From Candidatus Multivoradales bacterium (GTDB taxonomy: Bacteria > Acidobacteriota > Thermoanaerobaculia > Multivoradales > JAHEKO01): a stretch of DNA of 64,000 nt. Where the stretch lies: positions 832,001 through 896,000 of the forward strand of contig CBDCVR010000014.1 of the NCBI GenBank assembly GCA_965223155.1, read 5' to 3'. A program made the position numbers and the translations under genes. Under the pieces are notes generated by a model that made no database searches, was not told the origin of the DNA, and saw only the letters and a program-made list of their open reading frames with translations. Shown here one piece after another: positions 49,757 to 59,898 of the stretch (position 1 is its first letter; each line of letters starts with the position of its first letter).

Positions 49757-52069
49757 TTGATCGGCCAACGCCTGGCGCATTTCGAGGTAACCGCCAAGCT
49801 CGGCGAGGGCGGAATGGGCGAGGTCTACCGCGCCACCGATACCAAGCTGGGGCGTGAGGTGGCGCTCAAGGTGCTGCCCGCTGAGTTCGCCCGGGAGGCC
49901 GAGCGGGTCGAGCGATTCCGGCGCGAGGCGCAAGCGATCGCCGCTCTTAGCCACCCGAACATCGTCACGATCCACTCCGTGGAGGAGTCCGACGGCCGGC
50001 ACTTCCTCGTCATGGAGCTGGTCGAGGGCCAGACCCTGGACGAGCACACCGGGTCCCAACCGGTCCCTGTCCCCCGACTTCTGGCTCTGGTGACTCCGAT
50101 TGCCGAAGCTCTTGCGGCCGCGCACGAAAAAGGAATCGTCCACCGGGACTTGAAGCCGGGCAACGTGATGGTGACTGGAGATGCAGGAGTGAAGGTCCTG
50201 GACTTTGGCCTGGCCAAACAGGCCACCGCGGCGAACGACGAGTCGGCGCTGGCGACCCTGGCGGCGGACCTGACCTCGCCGGGGACGCTCGTCGGAACCC
50301 CAGCCTACATGTCGCCCGAGCAGGTGCGCGGTGAGCCGGCCGATGCTCGCTCGGATCTCTTCTCGCTGGGACTGATCATCCACGAGCTGGCGAGCGGTCG
50401 CCATCCGTTCCGGCGCAAGTCGCCGATGGAGACGGCGAGCGCCCTCCTGTCGGAACCAGCTCCCGCGCTGCTCGAAGTCGGGATCACCGCACCGCCACTC
50501 CTGGCACACCTGGTAGGTAAGCTCCTGGCCAAGCAGCCGAAGGACCGGTACCAGACAGCGCTCGGTCTCTTGAGCGACCTGCAGGCGCTGGCCGGCGCTA
50601 GCCCGGAGGCGAGTGCAACGGCACCAGACGCTTCGCGAGACCAGTTTTCCATCGCCGTTCTTCCGTTCCGCAACACGAGTGCCGATCCCGAGAACGACTT
50701 CCTCGCCGACGGCCTCGCCGAGGACCTGATCAACGATCTGGCCAGAATCGAGAGTATCAAGGTCGTGGCGCGGACCTCGGCCTTTCAGTTCCGCGGCAAG
50801 GACCTGGACATCCGCGAGATCGGCAGAAAACTAGGAGTCCGCACGATTCTCGAAGGCAGTGTGCGCGCCGCCGGCAAGAGGCTGCGGGTCACCGCGCAGC
50901 TCATCAACGTGGAAGACGGTTACCACCTCTGGTCAGATCGTTTCGATCGCGAGCAAGCCGACCTCTTCGACATCCAGGATGAGATCACCGCGGCCATCGG
51001 CGACCGGCTGCGAGCCACATTGGGTGGTGCCGGCGAAACCGCGCCGGCTGCGGTGGCATCGGCGGCGGCGACCCGACCAGGACCCGACCGCGACGCCGAG
51101 GCCCACACGGCCTTCATGAAGGGCCGGCACCGCATGATGGAGTTGACGCCCGTCGGAATGGAGAGCGCCAGGCGATACTTCGACAAGGCGCTCGAGATCG
51201 ATCCGTCCCATGCCGACACCCGCGCCGCGCTCTCGTGGCTGGCAATCAACTTGGCGCACTTCGGCGGCCAAGAGCCACAGCCGCTCTACGAGGAAGCCCG
51301 TTCACAGGCCGAGAGAGCTCTCAAGGTCTCCGACGCTATCGCCGATGCCCACGGCGGGCGCGGCTTTGTCCACATGTACGCGGATTGGAATTGGGCGGCC
51401 TCCGAGAAAGCGTTCTTGCGCGGTCTCGAGCTCGCACCCAACTCGGCGAGCCTCCATCTCTACTACGGTTGCCTGCTAAGTGTCATCGGCCGGCACGACG
51501 AGGCGGTCACCGTGATGTACCGCGCCCAGAGCCTCGATCCTTTGGCCGGAATCGTCAACGGCGCCGTGGCGCTGGCTTTACTCGGGGCCGGGCGATACGA
51601 CGAGGCCGTGCACGAGGCGACACGCGGCATCGACGGCGATCCTGACTACTGGCTGACCTACAGCCACCGGGGCCACGGTTACTACGTACTGGGCAACTTC
51701 GAGGAGTCAGCCGCCGACTATCAGGCTGCCTGGGAACGGAGCCAGGACCCATGGGCCCTAGGGGGTTGGATCTGCGCGCTGGATCAGGCCGGCCGCTCCG
51801 GCGAGGCGGCTCGGCGGCTCGCGCAGCTTCAGGGAATGGCCGACAGCCCGTTTGTGCGCCCTGTCCATTGGGCGCTACTCTTTCTCAACAGGGGAGAGTT
51901 GGATGAGGGGTTCGCCTGGTACGAGAAATCGCTCGACGCGCGCGACAGCCTGGTCCCGTGGATTCCGGAGTCGGCTTCCCTGCGCGGCACCCCGGCCGCG
52001 GCCGACCCGCGCTTCGAAGCCGCGCGCGAGCGGATGGGGATGCCCCCGCGGCCGATGGTTACGGCCTGA
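49757..52069 (+). CDS. Ser/Thr protein kinase - TolB_N-like - TPR (no TM)
   Basis: HRDLKPGN, DFG, GTPAYMSPEQ; IAVLPFRN...ADGLAEDL; TPRs. Confidence 0.95.
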   Translation: MIGQRLAHFEVTAKLGEGGMGEVYRATDTKLGREVALKVLPAEFAREAERVERFRREAQAIAALSHPNIVTIHSVEESDGRHFLVMELVEGQTLDEHTGSQPVPVPRLLALVTPIAEALAAAHEKGIVHRDLKPGNVMVTGDAGVKVLDFGLAKQATAANDESALATLAADLTSPGTLVGTPAYMSPEQVRGEPADARSDLFSLGLIIHELASGRHPFRRKSPMETASALLSEPAPALLEVGITAPPLLAHLVGKLLAKQPKDRYQTALGLLSDLQALAGASPEASATAPDASRDQFSIAVLPFRNTSADPENDFLADGLAEDLINDLARIESIKVVARTSAFQFRGKDLDIREIGRKLGVRTILEGSVRAAGKRLRVTAQLINVEDGYHLWSDRFDREQADLFDIQDEITAAIGDRLRATLGGAGETAPAAVASAAATRPGPDRDAEAHTAFMKGRHRMMELTPVGMESARRYFDKALEIDPSHADTRAALSWLAINLAHFGGQEPQPLYEEARSQAERALKVSDAIADAHGGRGFVHMYADWNWAASEKAFLRGLELAPNSASLHLYYGCLLSVIGRHDEAVTVMYRAQSLDPLAGIVNGAVALALLGAGRYDEAVHEATRGIDGDPDYWLTYSHRGHGYYVLGNFEESAADYQAAWERSQDPWALGGWICALDQAGRSGEAARRLAQLQGMADSPFVRPVHWALLFLNRGELDEGFAWYEKSLDARDSLVPWIPESASLRGTPAAADPRFEAARERMGMPPRPMVTA

Positions 52070-52218
52070 GAGACCGGCCGCGCCTGAGAACCACGTCTCC
52101 GCTTCTCTCCTCGAATCGCGCCTCCGTCGATCTACGAAGGCAAGTCGTGGCGGAAGCCTCTCGGGCTCGCTAGCGTCCAGGAGTTGCGTCCGCGAGGTGC
52201 CGGCGGTTGCGTGAAGCA

Positions 52219-52800
52219 CTAGGTTCCTCTGGCCTGATCGAGCAAGTCTTCGATACCGAGTCGCTTCGCCCACAGCTCGAGGTAGTCGAAGTCGAGGTCG
52301 GGCCCCTGGCTTTGCATGACGCCCAGGACATCGTCCCACTGGCGCTCCGAAGTCTCCCCGCCCAAACGAAACCACTGGAGCTTGCGCAGGATCGTGTCTT
52401 CGGCCGACTTCACGCGAAGCCGACGATCAGGTGCTGAGGGCAGACGAACTTCGCAGCTGCGCGACAGCTCCACCCGGTCGTAGGGCTCGGCACCGGCGAC
52501 GAACAGGTCGATCTTGACCCCACTGCCAAGGTGGATCACATTGAAACTAGCCCGACTTCGAACCGCTTCCCCGGCGGCTTCAGCATCACGGTAGTAGTCA
52601 TCTGGTAGCCGGTCCAGGAGCATGATGACCGAGGCTTCATCGAGATCGACGACGAAGTCGATGTCCTGAGTCTGTCTCGGAATCCCGTGAATCGAGCTGG
52701 CATAGGAACCGCCCAGATGGTACTCGATCCCCAACTCCGCGAACACCTCGACGACCTCGAGCGCCACCCGCAGCGTTTCCGGCTGCTCCGGAGTCATCAC
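52219..52800 (-). CDS. Pol-beta-superfamily nucleotidyltransferase, putative TA component
   Basis: YHLGGSYASSIHGIPRQTQDIDFV, KIDLF, EDTILRKLQW, RQWDDV. Confidence 0.82.
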   Translation of the reverse strand: MMTPEQPETLRVALEVVEVFAELGIEYHLGGSYASSIHGIPRQTQDIDFVVDLDEASVIMLLDRLPDDYYRDAEAAGEAVRSRASFNVIHLGSGVKIDLFVAGAEPYDRVELSRSCEVRLPSAPDRRLRVKSAEDTILRKLQWFRLGGETSERQWDDVLGVMQSQGPDLDFDYLELWAKRLGIEDLLDQARGT

Positions 52801-53039
52801 ACCGGGCCGTAAACACGCACCGCCAACTCGGGACCGAGAATCAAGTCGAACAGCCTCCGACGGAGGCGCTCGGGTGGATCCTCCGGGTAGCGCTGAGCGA
52901 GACCGGCCAGCGCCAAGAGGCGAGCGGTCTGGTTGGCGTCCTCGACCAGCTCGAGCTTACGCTCCGGCGGCATCTCGCGATAGATCTCAAGCTGTCGCCT
53001 TGCCGCCTCGGGCGAGGTGTCTCGCAGCGGAACTTCCAT
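52797..53039 (-). CDS. Small helical partner of the nucleotidyltransferase
   Basis: DTSPEA...YREMPPERKL...LALAGL..R; GTGA overlap; homologous to 63140-63403. Confidence 0.82.
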   Translation of the reverse strand: MEVPLRDTSPEAARRQLEIYREMPPERKLELVEDANQTARLLALAGLAQRYPEDPPERLRRRLFDLILGPELAVRVYGPV

Positions 53040-53080
53040 CGCGGTCGAGTCTACCGCGCACTACGGACCGGCAGTGCCGA

Positions 53081-53680
53081 TTACAGGCCGTAGAGTGCGG
53101 CCACGTCCTCCGGCACCTTGGTCATGTCGATGACGATGCCGCGCTCCGCGCCGAGACGGCCGACAATCGCGCCGATCTCGGCCGGCGTGCCGGCGTTGGA
53201 CTCGCGCGCCTCGATGGCGACCGCGTCGAAGAAATCTCCGAACTTCCCGGCCGACGTTCCCACCAGCAGGATGGCGTCCTCGGCACTCGTGTTCCACATG
53301 GCGTGCAGGCTGTGCCGCGGCAAGAGGACGAAGCCCCCGGCCTTGAGTGTCCTGCGCTCGTCATTCACCATGAAGGTGACCGTCCCCTCGCGCACGTAGA
53401 AGAACTCGTCCTCGTGCGTGTGGGTATGAGGCGGCGCTCCGGGCGCTCCCGCGGCGATGCGGATCTCGAAAAAACTCATCCCGGCGAGGTTCGAGTCGGC
53501 ATCGGCCAGGCGCAGAGTCGGATGAAGCGGAAAGGCGATGGCCTCGCCTTCACCGCCATCCAACAAGATGGGCGGCCGCTTCTCCGTATCCGAGCCCGCG
53601 GCCCCGTCTTGTTCCAAACCCAGCACCACAACACTGCATGCCACAAACACCGCCAGGCCGACGGCAGCGTATTTCATCAA
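53081..53680 (-). CDS. Secreted cupin domain protein
   Basis: PPHTHTHEDEFFYVREG...PRHSLHAMWN; signal peptide; RBS AAGGGAG. Confidence 0.88.
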   Translation of the reverse strand: MMKYAAVGLAVFVACSVVVLGLEQDGAAGSDTEKRPPILLDGGEGEAIAFPLHPTLRLADADSNLAGMSFFEIRIAAGAPGAPPHTHTHEDEFFYVREGTVTFMVNDERRTLKAGGFVLLPRHSLHAMWNTSAEDAILLVGTSAGKFGDFFDAVAIEARESNAGTPAEIGAIVGRLGAERGIVIDMTKVPEDVAALYGL

Positions 53681-53849
53681 TCTGCTCCCTTCACGAATTG
53701 CTGTCTCCGTTCGATGCCCGGACTCTAAGCCGCGTCAGGACACCAATCAAGATTCGGCGAAGCTACGCCGCGACTGCTCTCCACAGGCACCAAACCTCCT
53801 CCGACGAAGTTGTCAGAGTGAGCGTTCGTGGCGCCGCCGCCTCTCCACC

Positions 53850-56558
53850 TCACGACGGGATCTCGTATTTCGACTCGAACTCCGCGAATCGCGGCAAGTC
53901 CCAGAGCGGCTCCCAGCGCGGGTCGAGCTTGAGCCACGGGATCGAGACCGGGGCCGACAGGTTCAGCAACACCTCGAGTTCGTCGAGGGCCAGGTCAAGC
54001 TCACCCACCATCGTATGCACCAAAGCCGCATCTTTCAGAGGAGACTGCCCCCAGTAGGGCTCACTTTCGATCGGCATCAGAGCCAGCGCCCGCTCAGTAG
54101 CCTCGAGTGCCTTGTCCTTCAGCTCGAGGCCCGCGTAGGCCATGGCGAGAGCCGAATGGAGATTGGCGTCCTCGGGGAAATCACGCACCGCGCTTTCGAG
54201 TTCTTCCCGCGCCTGCTGCCACGAGGCCCGCTCGAGCGCGCTCTGGCCGGATAGTCGATAGACCCACGCTCTCAGGGACGAAGTCGACGTAGCGTGCAGG
54301 TCAACCGAATACGTCGGTCGGTCGGGCATCGCTGCGAGACCCGCCACCGCCTCCTCGAACCTCCCTTCATAGACGCGCTGCCAGTACCAGTACCACTGAG
54401 AACGAGGCCGCGAGGTCGAGGAGCCCATCAGCTCGAGTAACTCGCGAGCTTCTCGCGTCTCGCCCTTCCACAGCCAGTACGCCAAGGCCGAGCGGTAGTA
54501 GAGCGAGTCGAAGTCGGGAGAGATTTCGGATGTGCGTTCCGCCAGCTCGATCGCCTGCGCGTAGTTCCGCATCCAGAGATGAGTGAAGGCCAAACGCGCC
54601 ATCGCGTCTTCGGACAGCGGGTCGATCTCGATAGCGCGCCGGAAGGCATTGAGAGCCTCGGGCCAGCGGCCGAGGCGCCGGTAGATTCTGCCCTGGCCGA
54701 AGAAGATGTCGAACGAAGTGATCTGCTTGGCGGCCCGTTCCAGCGCCGCGAGCGCCCGGGGATAGTTGCGCTCCACCTGAGTAAAGTACTGAGCCCTGGC
54801 CACCTCCACTTCCCAGGCTCCGGAAGCCAGAGCCTCGGCACTGTCGAGGGCTTTCCGTGAGGCGGCACCGTCCGCCTCCGAATGCTCCGGGCAGTGACTG
54901 ACGGCCGCCGCATAACCGCGCGCCAGAGCCGACCAAGCTTCCGTGAACCCTGGATCCAGGCTCAGCGCAGCCTCGAGCATCGGGATGTTCTCGCGAGCTC
55001 CCCAACAACTCGTGGCGTCACGCGCGAAACGCCCTCGGAGATAGAGTTGATACGCCTCTTGGTTGGAGGTCTTGTGCTTTTCGAATCGGGAGCGATCCGT
55101 ATCCAACAGCGCTGCGCCAAGCTCCCGCGCAACGTTGAGCGCAATCTCGGCCTGCAGCTCGAATATCTGCTCCATTGTCCGGTCATAGCCTTCGGCCCAC
55201 AGGTGGACATTGTCCGCAACTCGGACTAGACGGGGGCGGATCTTGACGCGGCTGCTGCCGTCGGCCGCCTTGGTCCATTGGATCGAGCCCGACAATACGA
55301 AATCCACCCCGAGCTGTTCCCCGATGTCGTCGGGTCCAAACTCAGCATCGCGGGGCGACTTCATACTGGCCGCCGACACGAGGTCGAGTCCCGGCAGCGT
55401 GGCGAGTTTGGTGATGATCTCCTCGGTAATGCCGGCAGCGAAGTATTCGTCCTCGGCCGGGCCGAGGTTGCGCAACGGCAACACCGCGATGAGCTTGCGA
55501 GGGTGTGCGGCGTCGGTCGCAACCAGCTCGGGCTCAACGGTAGAGCCACCCGAATCGTCCGCTCCTGTGCCGAGCCAGATCGCGGCCGCGACCGCGACCG
55601 CCAGCCCGGCAGCGGCGAGACCCATCCAGAGTCCGCGACGGGTCGACTCCGCCGTCCTTGCTGCGGCCGAGGAGACCCGACCCGAGGTCGAGTCCCTCCC
55701 CAACCGTTGCAGATCCGCCCGGAGATCCGCCGCGTGTTGGTAGCGTAGAGTTCTGTCCTTCTCCAGCGCCTTCCCGAGGATCCTCTCGAGCTCGGCGGGC
55801 ACATCCGGGTTGACTCGCCCCGGCTGCGTGGGCTCCCTGTTCAAGATCCCGTCGAAGATCGCCCCCGCCGTCCCGGCCTCGAAAGGTCCCTTCCCCGTCG
55901 CCATCTCATAGAGCACGACACCCAGCGAAAACAGATCGGTTCGCTCGTCGAGCTCAGTGCCCCGCACCTGCTCGGGAGACATGTAGCCGATCGTCCCCAT
56001 CGAGGTACCGGGCGTCGTCAGTCGTTCCGGAGCGAGTTCCGTCTCCGCCGCCTCTGAGGCCATTTTCGGTGCTTGCCCCGCGCGCACCTCGGTAACCTTC
56101 GCCAAACCGAAGTCCAGCACCTTGGCATCGCCGCGTTTCGTGACGAATAGGTTCGCCGGCTTGAGGTCCCGATGAACGATGCCGGCCGCATGCGCCGCTT
56201 CCAGGGCGTCCGCCACCTGCGAACCGAATCGCACGATCTCTTCGATCGGCACCGGCCTGCCGCGAATCCGATACTTAAGCGTCTCACCGTCAAGCAGCTC
56301 CATCACGAGGAAGTGGCGGCCCTCCTCTTCGCCCAGTTCGTGGACGGTGCAGATACTTGGGTGGTTTAGCGCCGAAGCCGCTCGTGCCTCGCGCTGGAAT
56401 CGTGCTAGAGCCGCGGCATCCTCGGCCAGATCGTCGGGCAAAAACTTGAGCGCCACCTGGCGGCCCAAGGTCAGATCCTCAGCCTGGTAGACGACCCCCA
56501 TGCCGCCACTCCCTAGCCTCTTGAGGATCTTGTAGTGGGTGACGGTAGTACCGATCAT
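53850..56558 (-). CDS. Ser/Thr protein kinase - TM - TolB_N-like - TPR
   Basis: [30 protein letters not shown]; hydrophobic [22 protein letters not shown]; IAVLPLRN; TPRs; LDPRWEPL. Confidence 0.95.
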   Translation of the reverse strand: MIGTTVTHYKILKRLGSGGMGVVYQAEDLTLGRQVALKFLPDDLAEDAAALARFQREARAASALNHPSICTVHELGEEEGRHFLVMELLDGETLKYRIRGRPVPIEEIVRFGSQVADALEAAHAAGIVHRDLKPANLFVTKRGDAKVLDFGLAKVTEVRAGQAPKMASEAAETELAPERLTTPGTSMGTIGYMSPEQVRGTELDERTDLFSLGVVLYEMATGKGPFEAGTAGAIFDGILNREPTQPGRVNPDVPAELERILGKALEKDRTLRYQHAADLRADLQRLGRDSTSGRVSSAAARTAESTRRGLWMGLAAAGLAVAVAAAIWLGTGADDSGGSTVEPELVATDAAHPRKLIAVLPLRNLGPAEDEYFAAGITEEIITKLATLPGLDLVSAASMKSPRDAEFGPDDIGEQLGVDFVLSGSIQWTKAADGSSRVKIRPRLVRVADNVHLWAEGYDRTMEQIFELQAEIALNVARELGAALLDTDRSRFEKHKTSNQEAYQLYLRGRFARDATSCWGARENIPMLEAALSLDPGFTEAWSALARGYAAAVSHCPEHSEADGAASRKALDSAEALASGAWEVEVARAQYFTQVERNYPRALAALERAAKQITSFDIFFGQGRIYRRLGRWPEALNAFRRAIEIDPLSEDAMARLAFTHLWMRNYAQAIELAERTSEISPDFDSLYYRSALAYWLWKGETREARELLELMGSSTSRPRSQWYWYWQRVYEGRFEEAVAGLAAMPDRPTYSVDLHATSTSSLRAWVYRLSGQSALERASWQQAREELESAVRDFPEDANLHSALAMAYAGLELKDKALEATERALALMPIESEPYWGQSPLKDAALVHTMVGELDLALDELEVLLNLSAPVSIPWLKLDPRWEPLWDLPRFAEFESKYEIPS

Positions 56559-56833
56559 CGAATCGACCCTGTCGGAGGACAGCCTCCATTGTCTCTACGT
56601 TGCCGGAATTCTAACGGAGATCGCGAAGCACCACGGGAACTGAGCACCTGCGTGGTCCGCCGCTACCGCGGGACCTCGTTCACCACGCTGGTCAACGTTC
56701 GGCCATCTGCCAAACAAGCAGTTCCGACGCGCGGTGCTGAGGACATGTTAAGGAAAGCAGCCAGCAGTTGCCTGCCACCTCACCGCCAGCGCACCACAAG
56801 AATCGCTGGTCGGGACGCTAGAATCGATCCGAC

Positions 56834-59590
56834 TTGATCGGTCAGCGACTCTTACACTACGAAATCACCGCCAAGCTCGGCGAGGGCGGGATGGGCGAAG
56901 TGTATCGAGCCCGAGACCGAAAGCTGGGGCGTGACGTCGCCATCAAGGTGCTGCCGGCGGATTTCCTCGCCGACGCGGAGCGACTGACACGGTTCGAGCG
57001 CGAAGCAAGAGCCCTGGCGTCGCTCAACCACGCCAACGTCGCCACGCTCCACGGTTTCGAGCGCGACGGGGACCTCCGGTTTCTGATCATGGAGCTGGTC
57101 GAGGGGGAAGACCTGAAGGCCAGGATCGCCCGCGGATCTATGCCCGCCAGCAAAGCCGTTCCGCTCCTTCTCCAAATCGCCGCTGGACTCGAAACTGCCC
57201 ACGAGCGTGGCATCGTGCATCGGGATCTCAAGCCCGCCAACATCAGGATCACGGCGAATGGCGACGTCAAGCTCCTCGACTTCGGACTTGCCAAGGCCCT
57301 GGTAGAGGACGAGAAGACGGTCGGATCTTCCCGCTCGCCGACACAGCCGGCAGAGGCCACCGCAGCCGGAGCTCTGATGGGTACGGCTCCCTACATGAGC
57401 CCAGAGCAGCTTCGCGGCGCACCGGTGGACCGTCGTACCGACATCTGGTCCTTCGGCTGTCTCATGTTCGAGGTCCTCTCGGGCCGTCGAGCCTTCCAAC
57501 ACGACTCGATCGCCGAGGAGACGGCAGCAATCCTCAAGGAGGAGCCAGAGTGGTCGCTCCTGCCCTCTTCGGTGCCGCCGTTGCTGAACCGGCTCCTTCA
57601 TTGGTGCTTGACCAAGGACGTCCGGCACCGTTTCCAGCACATCGGCGACGTCAGGATCCTTCTGGGCGAAGCTCTCGAAGAGGATCCTGTCGGCAACCAA
57701 GTCGGTTCGTCGGCGCGGGGCCCGTCCTGGCGACGACTCCTGCCTGCAGGCCTGGCGGCGTTTGTCGCGGGTGCGGCGATCATGTGGCTAGTGCGTGGCC
57801 CAGAATCGTCGCCGCAGCAGCCACAGCCGGCCGCAGCCGCCTGGGATGCCCGCCCCCTGACAGTCACCGGCGATGCCTGGAACGTCACGATCTCACCCGA
57901 CGGCGAGACGGTCGCCTACCTGACCGCCGAGGGTTTGGTGACCCACGATGTCCAGGCCGGGGGCCCCAACCTGATTCTGCCGGACCCGGGCTGGGGGCGC
58001 GGAGAGCGAGTTCAGAGGCTTGGTATGGCGCGGGGAGAACCGCAGTGGCTTTGGGATGGCTCCGGCATCGCTTTCAATGTCCGCGTCGACTCCTCGACCC
58101 TCGGAATTTCCTCGGTGCCCCGCATGGGTGGCGAACCGGTCCCGAAACTCGTGACCTCGTTCCGCGGCGGTGAAGTCGAGGCCAACTTTCAGTCACTTCC
58201 CGGGGACGCCTTCCTGCTCGCCAGGGTTCTCGAGGACCGAACGGCCGCTCCCTGGCTCCGATTGCTGGGCGAAGAATCGGAAGTCCGGATCGACGTTCCA
58301 ACTGAAATCGAGAACTTGTGGGACGCCGCAGCCTCGCCAGACGCTGGCTGGATCGCATACATCGGTGAGCGGGCTGACCGCACGAACATCGTGGCCACGA
58401 TCTCTCGGGATGGAAACCAACACCATCTCATCGCTCAACGAGGGACTGAGCTTTCGAAGTGGGGCGAACTGTCCACCAACCGTCAATGGGCCGACCACGA
58501 GATCATGCGGTGGCCGCGCGGCGACCGCGTCTACTACAGGCAGTACTCATCGCGCGGGATGGATATCCACGCGGTGACGATCGATCTCGACACCGGCAAA
58601 GCTGTCGGGAACCCTGAGTTGGTTCTCGCAGGGCTGCCTCCGGGTTCTACATTCGATGTAGCAGCGGGCGGCCAGCGTTTGGTCTACTCGGGCGGCATCG
58701 TCAAGACACAGATCCGACTGTTCCGGTTCGATCTGAATCGCGGCGGCGACCCGACCGAGGATCGTGCGCTCACCCGGGGGACGGCGCGGCACGTCGCGCC
58801 ACGGTTCTCACCCGACGGCAAGCGGCTCGCGTATATCCGCAAAACGGGGCGCTCGGAAGACATCTTCGTCGTGCCGGCAGCCGGCGGCGATGCCAGGCGC
58901 TTGCGCGTCCTCTCCAAGTGGAATGAGATCGTCGATCTGAAGTGGTCACCGAGTGGCGACGCCTTGGCAGTCTACGCACTCACTCCGAGCGGGACGAAGC
59001 TGATGATCGTCTCGCTCTCCGACTCGCGGGTCCGAGAGCTTTCGACGCGGCCCGTTCACAGCACATGGTTTGACTGGTCGCCCGACGGGGAATGGATCAC
59101 CTATGGCACCGCCTCCGACATGGTCTATGTGCTCCACCACCTTTCCACGGGCGAGGAGCGCGAGATGTTTCGAGAGCTCGACGGCGAGAAGATCCAAGCG
59201 ATTTTCTCGGCCACGGGCCGCGAGCTGCTGGTCAACAACATCGGCTTGGCCGCGCAGGGACTGTGGGCCAAGGAGCTCGACGGCGAGGAGGTGCGACTCG
59301 TCACGTCGGAGGCCTCGTTACGGACGTATCCGTTGGAGTGGACTCAGGACGGCACGATCTACCTGCTCGACCCGAATGGAGTCCTCTTCACCCTCTCCGC
59401 CTCGGGTGGATCTCTCCGGGAGTTCGGTCGCATCCCAGGGGCGCCGATCTGGGAGGGCTGGGCCGACATGTGGATCGAGGGTGGGTCCCTCTACCTTGCC
59501 TGTGCTATCGATGAGCCTCGCGAGTCTGACGTCTGGGTTCTAGATCGCGTCGATGCGCCCGCCGGGGGCGGGCGTGCCTCCTCTTCGTGA
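56834..59590 (+). CDS. Ser/Thr protein kinase - TM - PD40/TolB-type beta-propellers
   Basis: [21 protein letters not shown]; TM helix; repeats ISPDG, ASPDA, FSPDG, WSPSG, WSPDG. Confidence 0.95.
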   Translation: MIGQRLLHYEITAKLGEGGMGEVYRARDRKLGRDVAIKVLPADFLADAERLTRFEREARALASLNHANVATLHGFERDGDLRFLIMELVEGEDLKARIARGSMPASKAVPLLLQIAAGLETAHERGIVHRDLKPANIRITANGDVKLLDFGLAKALVEDEKTVGSSRSPTQPAEATAAGALMGTAPYMSPEQLRGAPVDRRTDIWSFGCLMFEVLSGRRAFQHDSIAEETAAILKEEPEWSLLPSSVPPLLNRLLHWCLTKDVRHRFQHIGDVRILLGEALEEDPVGNQVGSSARGPSWRRLLPAGLAAFVAGAAIMWLVRGPESSPQQPQPAAAAWDARPLTVTGDAWNVTISPDGETVAYLTAEGLVTHDVQAGGPNLILPDPGWGRGERVQRLGMARGEPQWLWDGSGIAFNVRVDSSTLGISSVPRMGGEPVPKLVTSFRGGEVEANFQSLPGDAFLLARVLEDRTAAPWLRLLGEESEVRIDVPTEIENLWDAAASPDAGWIAYIGERADRTNIVATISRDGNQHHLIAQRGTELSKWGELSTNRQWADHEIMRWPRGDRVYYRQYSSRGMDIHAVTIDLDTGKAVGNPELVLAGLPPGSTFDVAAGGQRLVYSGGIVKTQIRLFRFDLNRGGDPTEDRALTRGTARHVAPRFSPDGKRLAYIRKTGRSEDIFVVPAAGGDARRLRVLSKWNEIVDLKWSPSGDALAVYALTPSGTKLMIVSLSDSRVRELSTRPVHSTWFDWSPDGEWITYGTASDMVYVLHHLSTGEEREMFRELDGEKIQAIFSATGRELLVNNIGLAAQGLWAKELDGEEVRLVTSEASLRTYPLEWTQDGTIYLLDPNGVLFTLSASGGSLREFGRIPGAPIWEGWADMWIEGGSLYLACAIDEPRESDVWVLDRVDAPAGGGRASSS

Positions 59591-59898
59591 GCTGTGCACG
59601 TCCCTTAGCCTGGTTCCTGGAGCTCGATCGGGGACCCGCCTCGCAAGCAAGAGGAGAGCACGCCCGCCAAGGCGGGAAGACGAATCGTGACCGAACACCA
59701 CGGCCCGTCGTTCGCAGAGATCATTGCATCGGCTCTCGGGTGCGGCTAGGCCAGCACGCGGTTGTCCGGCCCTGAGTCCCCCGAGCAGATCGGCCTTCCT
59801 GATGTGCCACAGGAAGGCACAGGTGATGCCAGCGTAGCGGCCGAGCGAACCCGGATAGGTGCCCAAACCACCATTCGAGACGCTAGAATTAGCCTAAC

